DNA from: an uncultured Clostridia bacterium
Lineage (GTDB): Bacteria; Bacillota; Clostridia; TANB77; CAG-508
Direction: 5' to 3'
DNA length: 64,000 nt
NCBI GenBank assembly: GCA_963558405.1
Contig: CAUWGC010000001.1
Coordinates: 100,718-164,717 of the forward strand
Position 1 is the first letter of the stretch. Each line of letters begins with the position of its first letter. A program made the translations under genes and the position numbers. Below, in pieces: positions 32,189 through 42,501 of this stretch. The notes under the pieces are model-generated. The model was not told where the DNA came from. It worked only from the letters and a program-made list of their open reading frames with translations, and did no database searches.

Positions 32189-32332
32189 GTGTATATTCTA
32201 ATTTTGATTATAGTAGCAATGTTAAGTTCAATTTTAACATTAGCATTACATTGTTGTTTAATAGTAGGAAAGGAAAGTGATAAAAGTTGGGAGGAAGAAG
32301 TGATTATGAAGAAAGAAGAAAAAGAAGAATAG
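32189..32332 (+). CDS. Small membrane protein, DUF3789-like (not in ORF track)
   Basis: GAAAGGAG SD + GTG; MYILILIIVAMLSSILTLALHCCLIVGKESD..., 47 aa. Confidence 0.55.
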   Translation: MYILILIIVAMLSSILTLALHCCLIVGKESDKSWEEEVIMKKEEKEE

Positions 32333-33000
32333 AAAGATATAACGAACTTTCTAGAAAAGCAAAAGAAAAATCGGATTCATATATGAATTCAAGTGCTAAT
32401 AAAACATTAGAAAGGATTCCAATGGGACAACCAATATTAACAAACCATTATTCAGCAAGAGGACATAGAAATCTAATTGCAAGAGCTCAAAATAATATTA
32501 GAAAATCAATAGAAGAAGATAAGAAAAGTGATTTTTATAGTAATAGAGCAGAGTCAGTAGAAAATAACAAAGCAATTTATGGCGATGATCCAGACGCATT
32601 AAAGAAACTAATAGATAAATTAGAAAGACTAGAAAATGAAAGAGCATCAATTAAATTGAGAGAACATAGTGGCTGGGAACTGACTAATATTGGAGCAAAG
32701 ATAAGAGAAACTAAAAAAAGAATTGAACGATTAAAGGAGTTAGAAGAAATAGACTTCAAAGAAATAAAATTTGATGGAGGAAAAATATTGCATAATAAAG
32801 AAATAAATCGTATTCAAATTTTATTTGATAGTATTCCAGATGAAAATATCAGAAAAGAATTAAAATCGAGAGGCTTTCATTGGTCAAGAAAAGAACAAGC
32901 ATGGCAACGAGAATTTAATCAGAATTGTATAAGGGTTACAAATAGAATTATAAAAGAGGTTCTAAATAAAGAACAAGAACAGGAGGAAGAATTTGAATAG
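32287..33000 (+). CDS. DUF3560 domain protein
   Basis: IPMGQPILTNHYS, IYGDDPDAL.KL, NRIQILFD, LKSRGFHWS..EQAWQR. Confidence 0.8.
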   Translation: MGGRSDYEERRKRRIERYNELSRKAKEKSDSYMNSSANKTLERIPMGQPILTNHYSARGHRNLIARAQNNIRKSIEEDKKSDFYSNRAESVENNKAIYGDDPDALKKLIDKLERLENERASIKLREHSGWELTNIGAKIRETKKRIERLKELEEIDFKEIKFDGGKILHNKEINRIQILFDSIPDENIRKELKSRGFHWSRKEQAWQREFNQNCIRVTNRIIKEVLNKEQEQEEEFE

Positions 33001-33433
33001 ATTAGATGTGTTAGAAGAATATAAAGATATGTTATGTCATAATCTTTTATGTTATTCAGAAGATTATTTAATGACTGAACCAAAACCAGAATTTGTTGAA
33101 CAATGGAAAAAAGCAAGAGAAAAAGTTGATTTGATTGAAGAAATAATAAAAGAAGAAAAAGAAGCAAATAAAAGATTTACGCAAAAACAAATATTAGAAA
33201 TGTATCCCAATGCACAATATCAAGTACGAAATAGTAATGGGGGATTATTAGCAGGTACAGTTGAATTTGAAGATGCAAAGAAATATGCAGAAAAATATAA
33301 AAAGGAATATTTAAATGATAAATTAAATAGCAAAGTAGGAGTATATGTTTTTGATAAAAATGGAAAAAACTTATATGTTGCTACAGGAGATAAGACTAAT
33401 ATAAAAATGGATGAAGTAGAAGAACTAGAGTGA
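32993..33433 (+). CDS. Hypothetical ICE protein
   Basis: TTG start overlapping the previous stop; tail MDEVEELE. Confidence 0.7.
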   Translation: MNRLDVLEEYKDMLCHNLLCYSEDYLMTEPKPEFVEQWKKAREKVDLIEEIIKEEKEANKRFTQKQILEMYPNAQYQVRNSNGGLLAGTVEFEDAKKYAEKYKKEYLNDKLNSKVGVYVFDKNGKNLYVATGDKTNIKMDEVEELE

Positions 33434-33467
33434 TTTTATAAAGGTAAAACCACCCTAATATATTATA

Positions 33468-33497
33468 AAAATGGCACAAAATTGATTCTCGTGCGAG
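33468..33497 (+). repeat. Intergenic repeat copy 2
   Basis: Matches 30853-30882 at 27/30 nt. Confidence 0.8.
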
Positions 33498-33517
33498 AGG
33501 ATTTAAAGGAGAAATGT

Positions 33518-34237
33518 ATGGGATATTATAGTGATTTAAGACTTTCAATAACTAAAAGAGATTACTTAATAATGCTTGAAAAAGATGAAAAAAATTCTAA
33601 TAATTGTGCGTTATTCCTTAGTCCAGATAAAGCTATAATAAAAGGATATAAGCTAAATGGAGTGGAATGTATATTTATACAACAGGATAGTTTTAAATAT
33701 TATAAAGAATTTGAAGAAATACAGTTATTAGAAAAATATTTAGGTGAAACAAAAAATGGTTATGTATTTTTTAGAATTGGTGGTAGCTGGGATGATATGG
33801 AATATAGAAATACAGCTAGATTCAAAGAATTAGAAATGCCATTTAAATTTATTGATAGTATAGAAAAAAAGACTCGTAAAGATTTATTATTTGAATTAAA
33901 TGCTAAAAATAAGGAATACAAAATAACTAGTAAAAATCATATTTTTACAGAAAAAATTGATATATTAGAATATTTCAGAAATAATAAAGAATTTAAAGAA
34001 AAATTGAAAGAAGAATATGATAATAATATTCAGTTTAAGTTGAAATTATATATTGATGTTTCAAATAATGAAGCTGAAGTCATATTATATTCTAGAGATT
34101 CAAAAGAAGAATATTATGTAGAAAGAGAAAGAAATAGTATTGATTTAGATTCTGCTATATTGTCATTAGGTTATTCAGATAAAGAATCATACTTAAAAAG
34201 TATTAACCAAAAAGAAGAGGAAGAAGAGTTTGAATAG
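33518..34237 (+). CDS. Hypothetical ICE protein
   Basis: ATG 33518 after AAGGAG; tail KEEEEEFE. Confidence 0.7.
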   Translation: MGYYSDLRLSITKRDYLIMLEKDEKNSNNCALFLSPDKAIIKGYKLNGVECIFIQQDSFKYYKEFEEIQLLEKYLGETKNGYVFFRIGGSWDDMEYRNTARFKELEMPFKFIDSIEKKTRKDLLFELNAKNKEYKITSKNHIFTEKIDILEYFRNNKEFKEKLKEEYDNNIQFKLKLYIDVSNNEAEVILYSRDSKEEYYVERERNSIDLDSAILSLGYSDKESYLKSINQKEEEEEFE

Positions 34238-34240
34238 GAG

Positions 34241-34777
34241 ATGAGAAATTTGTCAAAAGTTACAATTGGAGAAATAGAAGAAAGATTATATTCTTTAGAT
34301 AGTGTATATTTAGATGAATTAGGAGGAGCACTAAAAAAATTAAATTATTTAAGTGATTCTCCATTGCAATTACAATATGGAACAGAAAAACAGCAAAAAG
34401 AATTAAAAGATTTTTACTCAAAAACATTAGAGCAAAGAGATGTGGATAAAATTTTAAAATATGTAATGGACAAGATGAAAGGTGATTATCAATTTGGAGC
34501 ATTTAAAATTATTGCATCAGAATATATTTCAGATGAGTCCAATATTGAGAAAAAAATAAAACCTAAATGTGCGTTGATTGGAGAAAACGGGAATATTTTT
34601 AATCTAATGGGAATTGCATCGAAAACTTTAAAAAGAAATGGTATGGAAGAAGAAGCAACAGAGATGTGTAATCGAATAACAAGTGGAGCAAAAAGTTATG
34701 ATGATGCTCTTATCATTTTACAAGATTATGTTGAAATAACTAGCAGAGAAGAAATGGAGGAAGAAGAATTTGAGTAG
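34241..34777 (+). CDS. Hypothetical ICE protein
   Basis: C-terminal KPKCALIGENGNIFNLMGIA domain of a kind seen in mobile elements; tail EEMEEEEFE. Confidence 0.7.
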   Translation: MRNLSKVTIGEIEERLYSLDSVYLDELGGALKKLNYLSDSPLQLQYGTEKQQKELKDFYSKTLEQRDVDKILKYVMDKMKGDYQFGAFKIIASEYISDESNIEKKIKPKCALIGENGNIFNLMGIASKTLKRNGMEEEATEMCNRITSGAKSYDDALIILQDYVEITSREEMEEEEFE

Positions 34778-35150
34778 ATATATAAAAGCTAATAATGAAT
34801 TAAAAGATAGTGAAATAGAATTTGAAGATGAGATAATTATCAAAGATAAAGAAATAAATGCTTATATAAAAACATCTAATATAAATTTAGAAGACAAATT
34901 TAATTTGAAGTATAAAGATGATTCGTATTATGATATGTATCTTAATTATAATTATGCAAAAGATAAAGTTAATATTGAAATAGTATTTGTAAGTGATAGT
35001 GAAAGAAAATATTATTATTATTTACCTAATTCACGAGAAAAAGATATTCTAATAAGAAATTTGGAAAGGTATATAAAAGAAGAATATAATCAAACTATAA
35101 AAGAATTTATAAAAGAATATGAAGAAGAGGAAGAACAAGAGGAGGTCTAA
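34770..35150 (+). CDS. Hypothetical ICE protein
   Basis: TTG start overlapping the previous stop; tail EEEEEQEEV. Confidence 0.65.
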   Translation: MSRYIKANNELKDSEIEFEDEIIIKDKEINAYIKTSNINLEDKFNLKYKDDSYYDMYLNYNYAKDKVNIEIVFVSDSERKYYYYLPNSREKDILIRNLERYIKEEYNQTIKEFIKEYEEEEEQEEV

Positions 35151-35180
35151 ATGACCTCTCCATTTTTATATAGCACCCAG

Positions 35181-35259
35181 CTAAAAGCCACGCTTTTAGG
35201 TAGTTTGTGGGCGAGAGGAGGTCGCCCTGATCCTGCAAAATTGCTCTAAGGCAATTTTG
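35181..35259. other. Candidate origin of transfer (oriT)
   Basis: GC-richer spacer directly upstream of RHH + relaxase with three inverted repeats (CTAAAAGC/GCTTTTAG, GGGCGA/TCGCCC, CAAAATTGC/GCAATTTTG). Confidence 0.6.
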
Positions 35260-35290
35260 ATGTGCAAGGAGCAAAAGCAAGGAGGTATTT

Positions 35291-35755
35291 GTGAAAAAGA
35301 AAAAAGAAAATGAAAAGTTAGAAAAATTAACAATAAGATTATCTAAAGAAAAGAAAGAAAGTATTAAAAAAATGGTAGAAAAAAGTTCATATAATAGTAT
35401 TTCAGAATTTGCAAGAGCAGGGATAGACAAAGAATTAAATGTTTTAATTTACAGAGAAAGTTTGGATTTTATAGTAAAAGAGTTAGACCGTATGATAGAT
35501 GAAAAATTGAAACCTTTTATATCAAGTCAGAGAAAAATAAATGCAAAATATTTGAGGACAACAGCTATAAACACTTACTTAACAGGAGAAATTATGTCAA
35601 AATTATTTGGCGATGATATGCATAAAGAATTTATAAAAATGTTGACAGATGCTCGTAAAAAAGCAAACTATTATATTTCGCGAGATACAGAAGGTATGAC
35701 AAAAAAAGATTTATATGATTTTTATGAGATAGGAGAGCCATATAGAAATGAATAA
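35291..35755 (+). CDS. Ribbon-helix-helix relaxosome accessory protein (MobC-like)
   Basis: KLTIRLSKEKKESI...SISEFARAGI; overlaps relaxase start. Confidence 0.7.
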   Translation: MKKKKENEKLEKLTIRLSKEKKESIKKMVEKSSYNSISEFARAGIDKELNVLIYRESLDFIVKELDRMIDEKLKPFISSQRKINAKYLRTTAINTYLTGEIMSKLFGDDMHKEFIKMLTDARKKANYYISRDTEGMTKKDLYDFYEIGEPYRNE

Positions 35756-36983
35756 TCTTATTTTTATATTTGAAGCTTTTAATCCTAACAAAAGAACAAC
35801 TTTTTTCAAGCATAAAAGTTATACAAATTATTTAGCGTATAGTGAATATGCAATTAAAAATAAAAATACAAAACATGGGTTATTTGGAAAAATAAATGTA
35901 TTTCCCAATATAGAAAATATGGAAAGTGTTGAGCAAATAAATCAATATATAATTAATCTTGCTAACAAAAAAGTACCGATATATAGATGTATATTGTCAC
36001 TTGATGAATATGATGCAATACGACTTGGATATGATTCACAAGATAAGTGGAAGGAACTATTTGAAAGTAAATTAATAAGTTTTGCAAAAAAATTAAACAT
36101 TAAATATGAAGATTTACAATATTGTGGAGCAGTTCATTTAGAAGAGGGACATCCACATCTTCAGTTAATGTTATGGAGTAAGCAAGAAGAAAAAATGAAT
36201 TATTTTGTAAAGTATAAAAAAGTGAACAAAATGAGAGATGAATTTACAAATGCAGTATTTAAAGATGATTTACTTGAACTTTATAAAGAAAAAGATTTTG
36301 CTAAAAAGAATATAAAAGAAAATAGTTTTATTAGTAAATTACAAAATGGAATATCTGATAAGAGATTATTAAAAGAGATATTACAATATGAAAAAGATTA
36401 TTCTAATAAAAAAATTATGAAAAGAACAATAAAAGAAAAAGATATTAGAAATATTGCATCAGATTTAGTAAAAATAAAACAATTATTAAAGCAAACACAA
36501 GGAAGTATTAAGTATCAGTATTTAAAAAGATATCCAAATATTATAAAAGAAATTGATAATTTATCAAATAAAATAATTAATAGTTCATTAGATATGCAAG
36601 AGCAAATAGAAAAATATATTTTAGCAAGACAAAAAATAGTTGCTTTTAAATATAGTAATGAACTAAAAATAGAAAAGGCACAAAATTTGGAGAAGAAAAA
36701 AGCAGAAGATGAAATTTTAAAATTGATAGGTAATCAAATTTTAAATTTTGAAAGAGTATTGTTAAATCAAAAAGAAGAATATAAACAAGTTAGGTATTAC
36801 AATGAAACGCAAGATTTAATGTGGAGAATATTTGATTGTATATATTTTTCTAGTAGGCAAGAAGAAAAATATTTAAAAAACTTTGAAATAAAATATAAAA
36901 AACAATTATCTAAACAAGCTAAAAAAGACAAAGCCATTAATAAAGCGAATGCATCAAGTTTTCATTGGGAAGATAGTTTATAA
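35748..36983 (+). CDS. Relaxase, MobP3/MobL type
   Basis: N-terminal YTNYLAY, HGLFG, YRCILSL, GAVHLEEGHPHLQL. Confidence 0.8.
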   Translation: MNNLIFIFEAFNPNKRTTFFKHKSYTNYLAYSEYAIKNKNTKHGLFGKINVFPNIENMESVEQINQYIINLANKKVPIYRCILSLDEYDAIRLGYDSQDKWKELFESKLISFAKKLNIKYEDLQYCGAVHLEEGHPHLQLMLWSKQEEKMNYFVKYKKVNKMRDEFTNAVFKDDLLELYKEKDFAKKNIKENSFISKLQNGISDKRLLKEILQYEKDYSNKKIMKRTIKEKDIRNIASDLVKIKQLLKQTQGSIKYQYLKRYPNIIKEIDNLSNKIINSSLDMQEQIEKYILARQKIVAFKYSNELKIEKAQNLEKKKAEDEILKLIGNQILNFERVLLNQKEEYKQVRYYNETQDLMWRIFDCIYFSSRQEEKYLKNFEIKYKKQLSKQAKKDKAINKANASSFHWEDSL

Positions 36984-37117
36984 ATATTTTCTGAAATAAT
37001 TGAATATTAGAAATTGTTATGATATATTATAGAAAAATGAGAAAAGAAATTTAATAAGAAAAACTAATGTATAGAAAGAATCAAAAAAAGTAATATAAAT
37101 AGGAATGGAGCAAAGAA

Positions 37118-37342
37118 ATGAACTATATTTTGGATTTATCAAAAGAAAATCAAAAGCTATTAAAAATTGCAGATATAAAAGTAGAAAATAAAGAATATTC
37201 TCCTGAAGAAATAAAAAAAGATATAGTTAATATAGGAAATTATATTTTTAGTAAAAGTAGCAAAAATGGTGATATTGCTAGAGCACAAGTAGAATATATG
37301 CCATTGATTAGTATTTTACAGAAAAATATCATTAAGCAGTGA
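37118..37342 (+). CDS. Hypothetical protein
   Basis: GGAG SD, 74 aa. Confidence 0.55.
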   Translation: MNYILDLSKENQKLLKIADIKVENKEYSPEEIKKDIVNIGNYIFSKSSKNGDIARAQVEYMPLISILQKNIIKQ

Positions 37343-37365
37343 ATGATAACTAGTAAGTTATTGTT

Positions 37366-38238
37366 ATGATGAAAGGAAAATTGATGGCATTTATGAAAAA
37401 GAAAGAAATAATTATATGCAGTAGTATTATAATGAGTTGTTTGTTATTAAGTTATTTTTATTATGAAAATACAACATTACAAATAACTAATTATAGTATA
37501 TCAAGTAGTAAAATTCCAAATGAATTTAATGATTACAAGATAATTCAAATATCAGATTATCATAATGAAAGATCAAACAGATTAAATAAATTTTTAATAG
37601 AAAAATTAAAAAATGAAAAACCTGATATTATTGTTATAACAGGAGATTTTATTGATCCAAATAGAATGTATATGGAGCAATCTATAAATTTTGTAAAAGA
37701 GATTAAAGGAATTGCTCCAATATATTATGTATCAGGAAATCATGAAGCAAAAATTTTTAATTATGAGAAATGGAAAAATCTATTAGAAGAACAAGAAGTT
37801 ATAATTTTAGAAAATGAAACAAAAATTATAGAAAAAGAAAATAGTAAAATAAATATAATAGGAATAAATGATCCAAAAATGGCTCATGAAAAATCAGTTA
37901 AAAACTCAACTATTATAAATAAAGAGCTAGAAATAAGTAATTATAATAAAGATTTATTTTCAATACTTTTATCACATAGACCAGAATTATTTAGAACTTA
38001 TGTAGAAAATAATATTGATTTAGTATTAACAGGTCATGCTCATGGTGGGCAAATTAGAATCCCATCTATTGGGGGAATTGTTGCACCTAATCAAGGATTA
38101 TTTCCTAAATATACGAGTGGATTATTTACAGAGAATAATACTAATATGATAATAAGTAGGGGAATTGGAAATAGTATAATACCTTTTAGAATAAATAATC
38201 GACCAGAATTAGTTGTTATTACTTTAAAAACTAATTAG
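37366..38238 (+). CDS. Metallophosphoesterase (YkuE-like)
   Basis: SDYH, TGDFID, GNHE, LSHRP, GHAHGGQ. Confidence 0.9.
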   Translation: MMKGKLMAFMKKKEIIICSSIIMSCLLLSYFYYENTTLQITNYSISSSKIPNEFNDYKIIQISDYHNERSNRLNKFLIEKLKNEKPDIIVITGDFIDPNRMYMEQSINFVKEIKGIAPIYYVSGNHEAKIFNYEKWKNLLEEQEVIILENETKIIEKENSKINIIGINDPKMAHEKSVKNSTIINKELEISNYNKDLFSILLSHRPELFRTYVENNIDLVLTGHAHGGQIRIPSIGGIVAPNQGLFPKYTSGLFTENNTNMIISRGIGNSIIPFRINNRPELVVITLKTN

Positions 38239-38286
38239 AAAAATAAATTACAATAAGTATTAAAGATAATAGAGCAAAGAAAGTGT

Positions 38287-38649
38287 GTGATAAAATTGAA
38301 AAAAGAATATATTTTCATAGTTATAAATTATGCAATATTTTTTATATGTTGGGCTTTATTTAAAAGTGGAATAGCATATACAGATAATGATATATTATTT
38401 ATTGTGGGTTTGGTAACTTTATTAATTCATACTTTACTTATACTGGGTGGAGAAGGAATAATTTACTGTATATTTTCATCAAAAAATGAACCGCAATTAG
38501 TTTTTAAGGTTTTAGTAATTTCAATATTCGTAAATATCTGTATAAGTATCATTATTGGTATGAGTGATATTATTATATACTTGTCAATAAATCAAATAGT
38601 TGGAATTATAGTTGGAAGAATATATCATAAAGTAAAATATAAACAATAA
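38287..38649 (+). CDS. Hypothetical membrane protein
   Basis: Four hydrophobic segments. Confidence 0.6.
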   Translation: MIKLKKEYIFIVINYAIFFICWALFKSGIAYTDNDILFIVGLVTLLIHTLLILGGEGIIYCIFSSKNEPQLVFKVLVISIFVNICISIIIGMSDIIIYLSINQIVGIIVGRIYHKVKYKQ

Positions 38650-38697
38650 ATTACAATTTAGTAGTTTGCAGAATAGTAATTTGGAGGTGACATTATT

Positions 38698-39186
38698 ATG
38701 GGAAAAATTATCCTATATGATAATAAAGAAATAGAATGGAGTAAATGCCCTGGATGTGAGTTCGCAAATCATAATTTTAATTTATCATGTGGAATAGCGT
38801 ATGAAAATGATACTTTTACATTATCACAAGATTGGGAATTACCTATTCCAGGATTTATGATACTAGCTCCTAAGAAACATATTGTTTCATTATCGGAGTT
38901 TAGTGATAAAGAAAGAAATGAAATGTTTAATATTGTAAATAAGACAATTAATATTTTAAAGAAAAATAATGTATGTGATAGATTTAATGTTATTTTCGAA
39001 GAAAAAAGACATTTTCATATATGGATTATGCCAAGATATGAGTGGATGTTAGAATGCACTGATGCTATTATTGATAGTCTAGGAACAATACGAGAATATG
39101 CAAAGAAGAGTTACAAAAATAAAAATGTTTATGACAAAATAAAAATAGTAAGTGACTTGATAAAAAATAACTTCAATATAAATTAA
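38698..39186 (+). CDS. HIT-like nucleotide hydrolase
   Basis: CPGC, QDWELPIPGFMILAPKKH, RHFHIWIMPR. Confidence 0.75.
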   Translation: MGKIILYDNKEIEWSKCPGCEFANHNFNLSCGIAYENDTFTLSQDWELPIPGFMILAPKKHIVSLSEFSDKERNEMFNIVNKTINILKKNNVCDRFNVIFEEKRHFHIWIMPRYEWMLECTDAIIDSLGTIREYAKKSYKNKNVYDKIKIVSDLIKNNFNIN

Positions 39187-39353
39187 AATGTTGTTTAGAT
39201 TATATCATAATCAATTACTTCTACAAATTACAGGTAAGCAATATATTTTAAATAATAAATAAAAATAAATCAGAACATTTACAAGTCGGATGTAGATGTT
39301 CTTTTAATTTACAAAAAAGGAGGAATGTGGAATTCCAATAAAGGAGAAACAAA

Positions 39354-41309
39354 ATAAATAGAAGAATATTAACATCAATAGCCATAATTTTTAGTATAGG
39401 AATATGCTCATTTTTATCTGTTAATCTACACTTTATTTTAAGCAAAGATTTTGAAAGTTTATTAAATATTAACTTACAAACTACTATAAATACTTTAATT
39501 ACAGAAAAAAGAGTATTAGCAATATTTCTAATATTAGAGATATTAGTAGTTACTTTGTTATCACTATTTTCCAATAAAAGAAAAAACATATATCATAGTG
39601 AAAAAATAAAATTAACGGATAAAATAGAAGTACCATTACCAGCAGGAGACGGACAATATGGAACAGCTTGGTGGTTACAAAAGAAAGACTATGACAGAGT
39701 ATTTAAGTATAATATCATTGATAGAAATAAGGATTACATGGAAAGTTGTTTTAAATCAGGAGGAATAATAACAAATTTTGAACGAAATGGTAATATAGAA
39801 AAAATCTATTATGTAGATGATAATTTACATACAATACTTATAGGAAGTTCAGGTTCAGGTAAATCAAGGTCAATTTTAATTCCAACTATTACAATGCTTG
39901 GGTTAGCATCAGAGAATATGCTAATTTCTGATGTAAAGGGTGAACTATATTTATATACAGCACCAAAATTAAGAGAACTTGGCTATAATGTAATAGCATT
40001 AGATTTCATTAACTTTCTTAAAAGTAATCATTATAATTTTCTAGATTTAGTAATAAATGCAGTTGAAGATGACAACATTCCACTTGCAGAAAGTTTAGTA
40101 AATGATATTGTAAATATTCTAGTTGAAAAGAATGATAAAACAGAGCCTATTTGGGTAAATGGAGAAATGAGTGTTATAAAAACTGCAATTATGGCTGTTG
40201 TATTAGAAAACAAAGGAAAAAGAGAATATCAAACATTAACAAATGCATATTACTTTGTAGCAGAAATGTTCAAAACAGATGAAGATGGTGAGATGCTTAT
40301 TGATAAATATATGAAAAATAAAAGTGCTGACGATCCAATAAAGAAGTTCTTTGCAGTTGCAGGGACAGCACCAAGTAAAACTAGAGGAAGCTTTGTAGCT
40401 GCAGCATTATCTACATTACAAATGTTTATAAATGAATATGTTGCAGATACAATACAAAAATCGGATTTTGACTTAAGAGATTTCTCAACTAAAAAAACAG
40501 TTATATACATTTTATTAAGTGATGATAAATTAACTTATCATAAACTACGGAAGTTTATTAGTACAACAGTTATATACAGCAATTGTTGATACAAGTAGGT
40601 CATCTGGTGGAGAACTTCCAATAAGAATGAACTTCATACTTGATGAGTTTTCTAATTTCACAAAGATAGAATCGTTCCAATCCATGCTCACAGTTTCTAG
40701 ACGGTCGTAACTGCAGATTTATGATAGCACTTCAAAGTTTTCGGACAATTGGAAGAAAAATATGGAAAAGAAGGAGCACAAAATATTTTAGATAATGGAA
40801 TGTTAATGTATTTAAAATCAAATAGTATAGAAACAGCAACAAAAATATCAGACAAGTTGGGAACATATTCTACACAAAGTTATGGAGAAAGCAGTAATAC
40901 AAATATTAAATATGACAATAGTAGCAGTAGTATGAGTTTGATTTCTAGAAAAATGCTAACACCAGATGAAGTTTTACGAATAGAGAGTCCAATTATTCTT
41001 GTTATGATTGCAGGAGAATATTCAGCTATATTATATGTGCCTGATATTTCAAAAATGTACTTTAATAAGCTAAATGGAATGGGAACTAAAGAAGAAAATA
41101 GAAAGTTAAGAGTACAAAGGGAAAATGAAAGACCTATAAGGAAAATAGGTAAAGTAAAAATATGGGACATTTGGAATCAATATAAAAATAATGTAGAATA
41201 TGATTTTGAAGATGAAGAATTAGAAGGACTTAGAGAAAACTTACGAGTAAGTATCAAGGGAAAGGAAAATATTGAAAGAAAAGAAAAAATGGATAAAGAC
41301 GACATTTAG
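39354..41309 (+). CDS. virD4: VirD4/TraG coupling protein, one gene with three +1 shifts at CGG 40548, 40702 and 40742
   Basis: GDGQYGTA, Walker A GSSGSGKS; the shifts restore FILDEFSNF...LTVSRGRNCRFMIALQSFGQLEEKYG; frame open upstream of 39555 with two TMs; start uncertain (ATA 39354 or GTG 39327). Confidence 0.85.
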
Positions 41310-41622
41310 AATTATTTTAAAAATAATGATTTATGTTGTCTTTTTATTTACATTTGACCAATTAACTTATGCATCAAGCTTTGAGAGTACAAAATTAGTT
41401 GTAGGGACACAAAATTTGGTAGATGCAGTAATATCATGGTTAACAGGCATTGGGATAACAATATGTGGAGGATATTTTATCTACTATGTATATTGTTTAA
41501 AAACAAATGATGAAGGAGAAAGAAGGAGGAATATTCAAAATATCAAGACCACATTAATCGCAATGGTACTTATAACTTGTGGCTTGGCTTTAGTTGATGT
41601 TATATTAGGATTCTACAAGTAA
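41272..41622 (+). CDS. VirB2/TrbC-like conjugal pilin
   Basis: Signal ending TYA, two TM helices, located between virD4 and virB6-like. Confidence 0.6.
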   Translation: MKEKKKWIKTTFRIILKIMIYVVFLFTFDQLTYASSFESTKLVVGTQNLVDAVISWLTGIGITICGGYFIYYVYCLKTNDEGERRRNIQNIKTTLIAMVLITCGLALVDVILGFYK

Positions 41623-41661
41623 ATAAAAGGTTTTGACCTTTTATAAAGTAGGTGATGCATC

Positions 41662-42499
41662 ATGGCAGATATGCTTGTAGAACTAATACAAAAATTCATC
41701 GATGGATCAGAAGCAACACTAAATTCACTATTTAATTCTATGGTGAATCTAGTGTTTTTTATTGAAAGAGAATTAAATGCTATTCAAGTACAAGGTGGTA
41801 GCAAAATTGATTTTAATGGAATATATCAAGTTATATTCAGTTATGCCTGTTTAATACTTGTTATTGTATTTATTACAAAATTAGTAAAAATATATTTCTT
41901 ACAAAATGATGGGGATATAGAAAAAAGCCCAATTCATTTAATTGTGGGAATGATGAAAGCCGTAATTGTAATGATTTGTTGTAAAGAAATTTATGATTTA
42001 TTTGTAGGTATTGTAAGTAAGTTTTTAGATAGTATATTGAATGTAATGCCTGTTCAAACAGTTAATCTTGCTGAATCTTTAAGTAACAATATTGCAGGAG
42101 GACTATTTACAGCCATTGCTTGCTTAGTGTTATTAATTACTTGGCTAATATTAATATGCCAATTCATAATGAAACGGAGTAGAGATGTTATTAATGAGAA
42201 TGGGAATACCATTTGCATCAATAGGTCTTTTGAATTCGGATGAAGGGGTTTTTCCTGAATATATAAGAGGATTTCTTATGACAGCATTCACTTTGATAGT
42301 ACAGTTATCATTGGTGAATTTGTCAATACTCGTAATGGTAAATGGACATTTGATTTATGCAATAGCAATTGCAATAACAGCAGTAAATACACCAATGCTG
42401 TTGTCAAAATATCTAGTTAGACCAAATGGAAGTATTATAAATTCAGCAGGAAATATGGCAAGAAACTTTAGGGCATTATTACCACGAGGAAGGAGGTAA
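41662..42499 (+). CDS. VirB6/TrbL-like membrane protein, +1 shift at CGG 42175
   Basis: Polytopic; skipping C42175 joins ...CQFIMK to GVEMLLMRMGIPFASIGL, 278 aa. Confidence 0.75.
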
Positions 42500-42501
42500 A
42501 A

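Noticed and set aside
40590-40602. AGG as a second shift codon
   Set aside because: In-frame AGG here and in other intact genes (e.g. rny) is read without a frame change.
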